Shown here piece after piece: positions 60,052 to 64,000 of a DNA stretch of 64,000 bases. Source of the DNA: an uncultured delta proteobacterium (GTDB taxonomy: Bacteria; Desulfobacterota; Syntrophorhabdia; Syntrophorhabdales; WCHB1-27); contig CAWEPK010000009.1 in NCBI GenBank assembly GCA_963810935.1, forward strand, positions 64,001 through 128,000, written 5' to 3'. The position numbers and the translations under genes are program-made. Numbering within the stretch: the first letter of the stretch is position 1; each line of letters starts with the position of its first letter. Under the pieces are notes generated by a model. The model searched no databases. It saw only the letters and a list, made by a program, of their open reading frames with translations, and was not told the origin of the DNA.

Positions 60052-60905
60052 TACCTTCCGGCCCCCTTTCTCAGGCGCCCCAGGAAGCGCAGCGATATCT
60101 CGTGCTCGCCGAAGATGCCGCTCGGCCTGAAATTAAGGATCAGAAGCACGATGACGCAGTAGATCGCGATGCGCCACTCGGAGGCGAACCTTAAGAATTC
60201 CGGCAGTCCGGTCAAAAGGATGGTGGCGAAAATTGCGCCGCTGAGGCTGTTTACCCCGCCGACAAAGACGATGATCATCCATTCTGCCGACACGGTCCAG
60301 CCGAAGGCGCCCGGCTCGACGTAGGTGGTGTAAAAAACGTAGAGGACGCCTGCGTAACTGGTTATAACCGCGGCTATAAGAAAGGTGAGAAGCTTCAGCC
60401 TTTCCACGTTGATGCCCATCGACTTCGCGGCCAGCTCGTCGTTGCGCAGGGCGAGACATTGCCTTCCATACTTCGAATATTTGTAGCTTATGACGATCGC
60501 CACGCAGACGAGCACGCTGATCACTACGACGAGAAAACTTGTGCGCTGCGGAACGCCCGATAACCCCATCGCGCCGCCGGTGATGTTGGCTGTATTGTTC
60601 AGAACCGCGATAATCGCCTCGCCGAAGCCGAAGGTAACGAGCGAGATATAGTCCCGGCGCAGGCGCACGGTAGGGAGGCCGACCAGAAGGCCCGCGCCCA
60701 GGCCGACGGCCATGGCCGCAAGCGCGGCGACCGGCAGCGGCAGGCCCACGTTCTTATAAAGGACTGCGGAGACGTAGGCGCCAATAGCCAGGAACGCCGC
60801 CTGGCCGAAGGAGAACAGACCCGTCAGGCCTGTTACCATGTACGCCCCAAGGACGCCTATCAGGGCAATGCCGGTAAAGGTCAACGTAGATACTACGTAT
60901 TCCAC
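60051..60905 (-). CDS. livM: Liv-type ABC permease
   Basis: GLFSFGQAAF, TGGAMG, LRNDELAA, LPEFLR, RPSGIFG. Confidence 0.9.
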
Positions 60906-60916
60906 AGGTCCCTTTC

Positions 60917-61807
60917 TTAAGCCCTTTCCTGCACGATCAGGCCCGATATGCCGCGCGGCCTGAGCAACAGGAAGACCAGCATGACAATGAAGATAACGGC
61001 AGGGGCCCAGCCGGCCCCAACGAGCCCGATGAGAAATATCTCGACGATCCCGAGCAACACGGCCCCTATGAGCGCGCCCGATATGCTGCCCAGCCCGCCG
61101 ATGACGGAGGCGACGAACCCTTTGACGATAAGCTGCCCAAGCTGCGGATAGAGTGTGTAGTTGATCCCCAGGAAGATGCCCGCCACCCCGCCCAGCACGC
61201 CCGAGGCGAAGAACGCCGCGGCAACCACCCTGTTAGGGTCCATGCCCATCAGTTTCGCCGTGGCTGTGTCGAAGGATGTGGAACGGATTGCGAGCCCTAT
61301 CTTTGTATGGAAGAGCACCACGAGCAGTATCACCAGCGACCCGGCCGAAAAGAGCAGGGTTAGCACGTCGGGGACCGCTACGCTGTGCGTCCCGAACCTG
61401 ACGAGGGAAGCCGGGAAAAACGTAGGGTAGGAATAAAAGTTGGAGCTGGCGAAGATCGTGACGCAGTTCTCCATCAGGATGCCCATTGTTATGGAGGAGA
61501 TAAAATAGTAGATGACCGAGCTGTTGTTGTCGCGCAGGCGCCTGAAGGCGACACGCTCGACTACGAGCGCGAGGAACCCGCCGCCCAGCGCAGCCGCGAG
61601 CAGCACCAATATGAACAGCGTCAGGCCGCTGGTGTAGCGCACCAGGAAGATCGACGCAAGATAGCCGATATAGGCGGTCACCGACATTAGGCCGCCGTGC
61701 GAGAAATTTGAGAATTTAAGTATGTTGAAGATCAGCGCGAAACCGACTGCGATGAGCGCGTATATCGAGCCGAGTGAGACGCCGTTAATGAGCAGTTGTA
61801 GGATCAC
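60917..61807 (-). CDS. livH: Liv-type ABC permease
   Basis: NGVSLGSIYALIAVG, NFSHG, GGLGSISGA, RPRG. Confidence 0.92.
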   Translation of the reverse strand: MILQLLINGVSLGSIYALIAVGFALIFNILKFSNFSHGGLMSVTAYIGYLASIFLVRYTSGLTLFILVLLAAALGGGFLALVVERVAFRRLRDNNSSVIYYFISSITMGILMENCVTIFASSNFYSYPTFFPASLVRFGTHSVAVPDVLTLLFSAGSLVILLVVLFHTKIGLAIRSTSFDTATAKLMGMDPNRVVAAAFFASGVLGGVAGIFLGINYTLYPQLGQLIVKGFVASVIGGLGSISGALIGAVLLGIVEIFLIGLVGAGWAPAVIFIVMLVFLLLRPRGISGLIVQERA

Positions 61808-61823
61808 GCTCCAGCACCTTCAA

Positions 61824-61856
61824 CCTTCCGGTCCGCGCGACGCGCGGACCGGAAGG
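61824..61856. repeat. perfect inverted repeat (16-bp arms) between binding-protein gene and permease; likely mRNA-stabilising hairpin
   Basis: CCTTCCGGTCCGCGCG-A-CGCGCGGACCGGAAGG. Confidence 0.8.
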
Positions 61857-61879
61857 GATGATTCCGAAACAGCCTTCAA

Positions 61880-63064
61880 TTAGTGCTGCTGCCTGTGTTT
61901 TGCCGGTATATAACGGCCGAGGTCCTTGTACACGCCTTTGTCGATGCGGTACATTACCATCGAAAGGCCGACGGGCTGGTGCGTCTTCGGCGAGATGGTG
62001 AGCACGCCGGTCGTCCCCTGGAGGCCGCTCACCTTGTTAAGGCCCTCGATGATCTTATCGGGGGTGGCCCCTCCGCCCTTCCTGATCCCTTCGGCGACTA
62101 CCAGCATCTTGTCGTATCCGAGGTAGACCTTGTTAATGGGGTCTTCGTTGTATTTCGCCTTGTATGCCTTCCTGACCTCCGTAAGCTGCGGCTCGCTGTC
62201 GGAGTAGTTATTCGCGAAGTAGATGTTGTTGGCCGCCTCCGGGTCGTTGACGAGGGAGGCAAAAGGCGCGGCATAGTCGAGCGCGCCGATGAAAGGCATC
62301 TTGAGGCCGAGCTGCTTGGCCTGCTTGGCCGTTATAACGAGGCCCTGGATATAGTTAGGGGCGAATACGCAGTCTGCGCCCGACGCCTTGATCTTCGAGA
62401 GCTGCGTCCTGTAGTCCCTGTCCGTCTTGCCGTATACCTCTTCATCCACGATCTTCGCCCCTACCGATTCTGCATAGGCCTTGAAGGGGCCGACCAACGA
62501 GACTGCGTACGCGTTCGACTGGTCGTAAAGGATGGCTATCTTTTTGAGACCGAGCTTCTCGACTGCGTAGCTCGCCATGATCTCGCCGTACTGCACGGTG
62601 CTCGGCTGGACAAGGAACATGCTGGGGTGCACCCTGCCGTCCTCGCCCACGGTCGCCCTCGGGTCTGCGAAGCTGCCTACGAAGGCGACCTTCTTCGCGT
62701 CTGCGACGGGGGCAAGGCCGATGCCGATGTTGCTTATAGGCGGCCCCAGCACCGCAACGGCCTTCGTCTGGTCGACGAGCCGGTTGAACGCCTTTATTGC
62801 CTCCTGGACGTCGCCTTTTGTGTCGAGGGTGACTATCCTGATCTTAGCGCCGTTGATGCCGCCCTGGGCGTTGATCTTCTCGGCGGCAAGCTCTGCGCCC
62901 CTCGCCACTGCGTTGCCCCATACGGACGTGGGCCCGCTGAGGTCCTGCAGGTTGCCGATGATGATCTCTTTAGCCGGCGCGGCGTTGCCCTGACCCTGCC
63001 CGGCAAAAAGGAACACAGCAATCGCGAACAGCGCGATCATTACCGTGACCGGATATCTTTTCAT
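61880..63064 (-). CDS. Liv-type (Peripla_BP_6) ABC substrate-binding protein
   Basis: Signal peptide; DLSGP, INAQGGING, DYRTQLSKIK, GYD, GTTG. Confidence 0.92.
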   Translation of the reverse strand: MKRYPVTVMIALFAIAVFLFAGQGQGNAAPAKEIIIGNLQDLSGPTSVWGNAVARGAELAAEKINAQGGINGAKIRIVTLDTKGDVQEAIKAFNRLVDQTKAVAVLGPPISNIGIGLAPVADAKKVAFVGSFADPRATVGEDGRVHPSMFLVQPSTVQYGEIMASYAVEKLGLKKIAILYDQSNAYAVSLVGPFKAYAESVGAKIVDEEVYGKTDRDYRTQLSKIKASGADCVFAPNYIQGLVITAKQAKQLGLKMPFIGALDYAAPFASLVNDPEAANNIYFANNYSDSEPQLTEVRKAYKAKYNEDPINKVYLGYDKMLVVAEGIRKGGGATPDKIIEGLNKVSGLQGTTGVLTISPKTHQPVGLSMVMYRIDKGVYKDLGRYIPAKHRQQH

Positions 63065-63120
63065 CTCTATCTCCTCCCTGATCTTATGGTTCTTCTTTTC
63101 AGGATACTATTATATATAGC

Positions 63121-64000
63121 CTATTTCTCCATGGAAGTCGCGCCAAAGTTTGAACCGGCAGGCAGAAGCACGGCTTTGAGGGCCTCCTTGCCCGCCATCG
63201 CCGCCAGGGCCTCGTTCGCTTCATCCAGCCGGAACCGGTGCGTGATCATTTTGGCGAATAGTTCCCTATCCGCCTCGATCAAGGCGAGGGCAAGCTGCGT
63301 ATGGCGCGTCCCGCTCACCCATACGCCCTGGATCTTGACGTTCTTTCTGACTATTTCCCTGAAGAAATCGACTTCGCATTTGCCCGGCGGCTGGGAAAAC
63401 CCGATGGAGAGATAGGTCGCGCCCGTCCGCAGGAGCCGCAATCCCTCCGGGACGGCCGACGGATCGCCCGCGGCCTCTACCACAACGTCCGCGCCCCTTC
63501 CTTCCGTCAGGCTCAGGATAAATTCTTTCCGCTCTTCGACGCTCGTTGCGCGCCGGTCGAGGACGTCCGTAGCCCCGAAGTCCTCGCAGAGGCGGAGGCG
63601 GTTTTCGGAGCCCCCTATGACTACGACACGGCCTGCACCGAGGCGCCTCGCGAAGGCGGCGGCGTAAACGCCCAATGGCCCCGGTCCCTGGATCACGACG
63701 GTGCTCCGCAGCGGGAAATGGTGCTCGTCGAAGGCATGGGCGACCGTTGCGCCCGAACATGACGCGGAGACGAAAATAGCCGGGTCTGCTTGGCGGTCGA
63801 TCTTAAAAATATCCGTAGAGGCGGTCAGCACAAGGTGCTCCGCGTAGCACCCGTTGATGCCCGGCGCGTCGTAAAGGGGCCGGTTGATCCCGTATACCTT
63901 GCGCTCCGGGCAGAGCCACGGCTGATTCAGGACAGCGCAGTAATAACAGCCGCCGCAACTCACACCCCGGCTCCAGAGGATGCGGTCGCCGGCAGCGAGC
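63121..64000 (-). CDS. Zn-dependent MDR dehydrogenase (5' end outside window)
   Basis: Frame open to window edge (GDRILW..SCGGCYYC); GPGPLG, GADVVVEAAG, ITHRF. Confidence 0.88.
   Translation of the reverse strand, partial: LAAGDRILWSRGVSCGGCYYCAVLNQPWLCPERKVYGINRPLYDAPGINGCYAEHLVLTASTDIFKIDRQADPAIFVSASCSGATVAHAFDEHHFPLRSTVVIQGPGPLGVYAAAFARRLGAGRVVVIGGSENRLRLCEDFGATDVLDRRATSVEERKEFILSLTEGRGADVVVEAAGDPSAVPEGLRLLRTGATYLSIGFSQPPGKCEVDFFREIVRKNVKIQGVWVSGTRHTQLALALIEADRELFAKMITHRFRLDEANEALAAMAGKEALKAVLLPAGSNFGATSMEK

Noticed and set aside
61883..63415. Long antisense ORFs (also 21980-23020, 26090-27127, 27266-28270, 33932-34981, 54556-55608, 55608-56966)
   Set aside because: Shadow frames of well-supported genes in GC-rich DNA; no recognisable motifs

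Overview
A 64-kb, GC-rich chromosomal window from an anaerobic diderm bacterium. Gene content and order (rsmG-parA-parB next to a split atpF'FHAGDC operon, IorAB, many TRAP systems) suggest Desulfobacterota, possibly a Syntrophorhabdales-like syntroph; this is inference only. From left to right: a displaced tRNA 3' half; two tandem TRAP operons around an IclR gene, followed by a 2-hydroxyacid dehydrogenase / LarA-family / FrhB-like / IorAB catabolic block; several singletons; a membrane pyrophosphatase and the ATP synthase genes; parAB-rsmG; a BamD-LptA fusion; the rpsB-tsf-pyrH-frr-uppS-cdsA-dxr-rseP-tsaB operon; an unusual 8-kb locus; and a large minus-strand sugar-acid / corrinoid-methyltransferase cluster with a Liv-type ABC transporter. 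The best candidate for an undescribed system is 40425-48405. It has a ferrosome/effluxosome-like layout (FezA/PacL-like protein, four Arg-rich HMA_2-type domains, a 22-aa amphipathic repeat protein). It is built around a Ca2+-type P2A ATPase rather than a P1B ATPase, and is coupled to a MetK-fold protein that appears to have lost its methionine-binding residues. Second is the BamD-LptA fusion. Seven +1 frameshifts, several in essential genes, fall on just two motifs (AGCTC, CGAT) and look like methylation-induced basecalling errors rather than pseudogenes. All calls come from manual motif reading; no searches were run.
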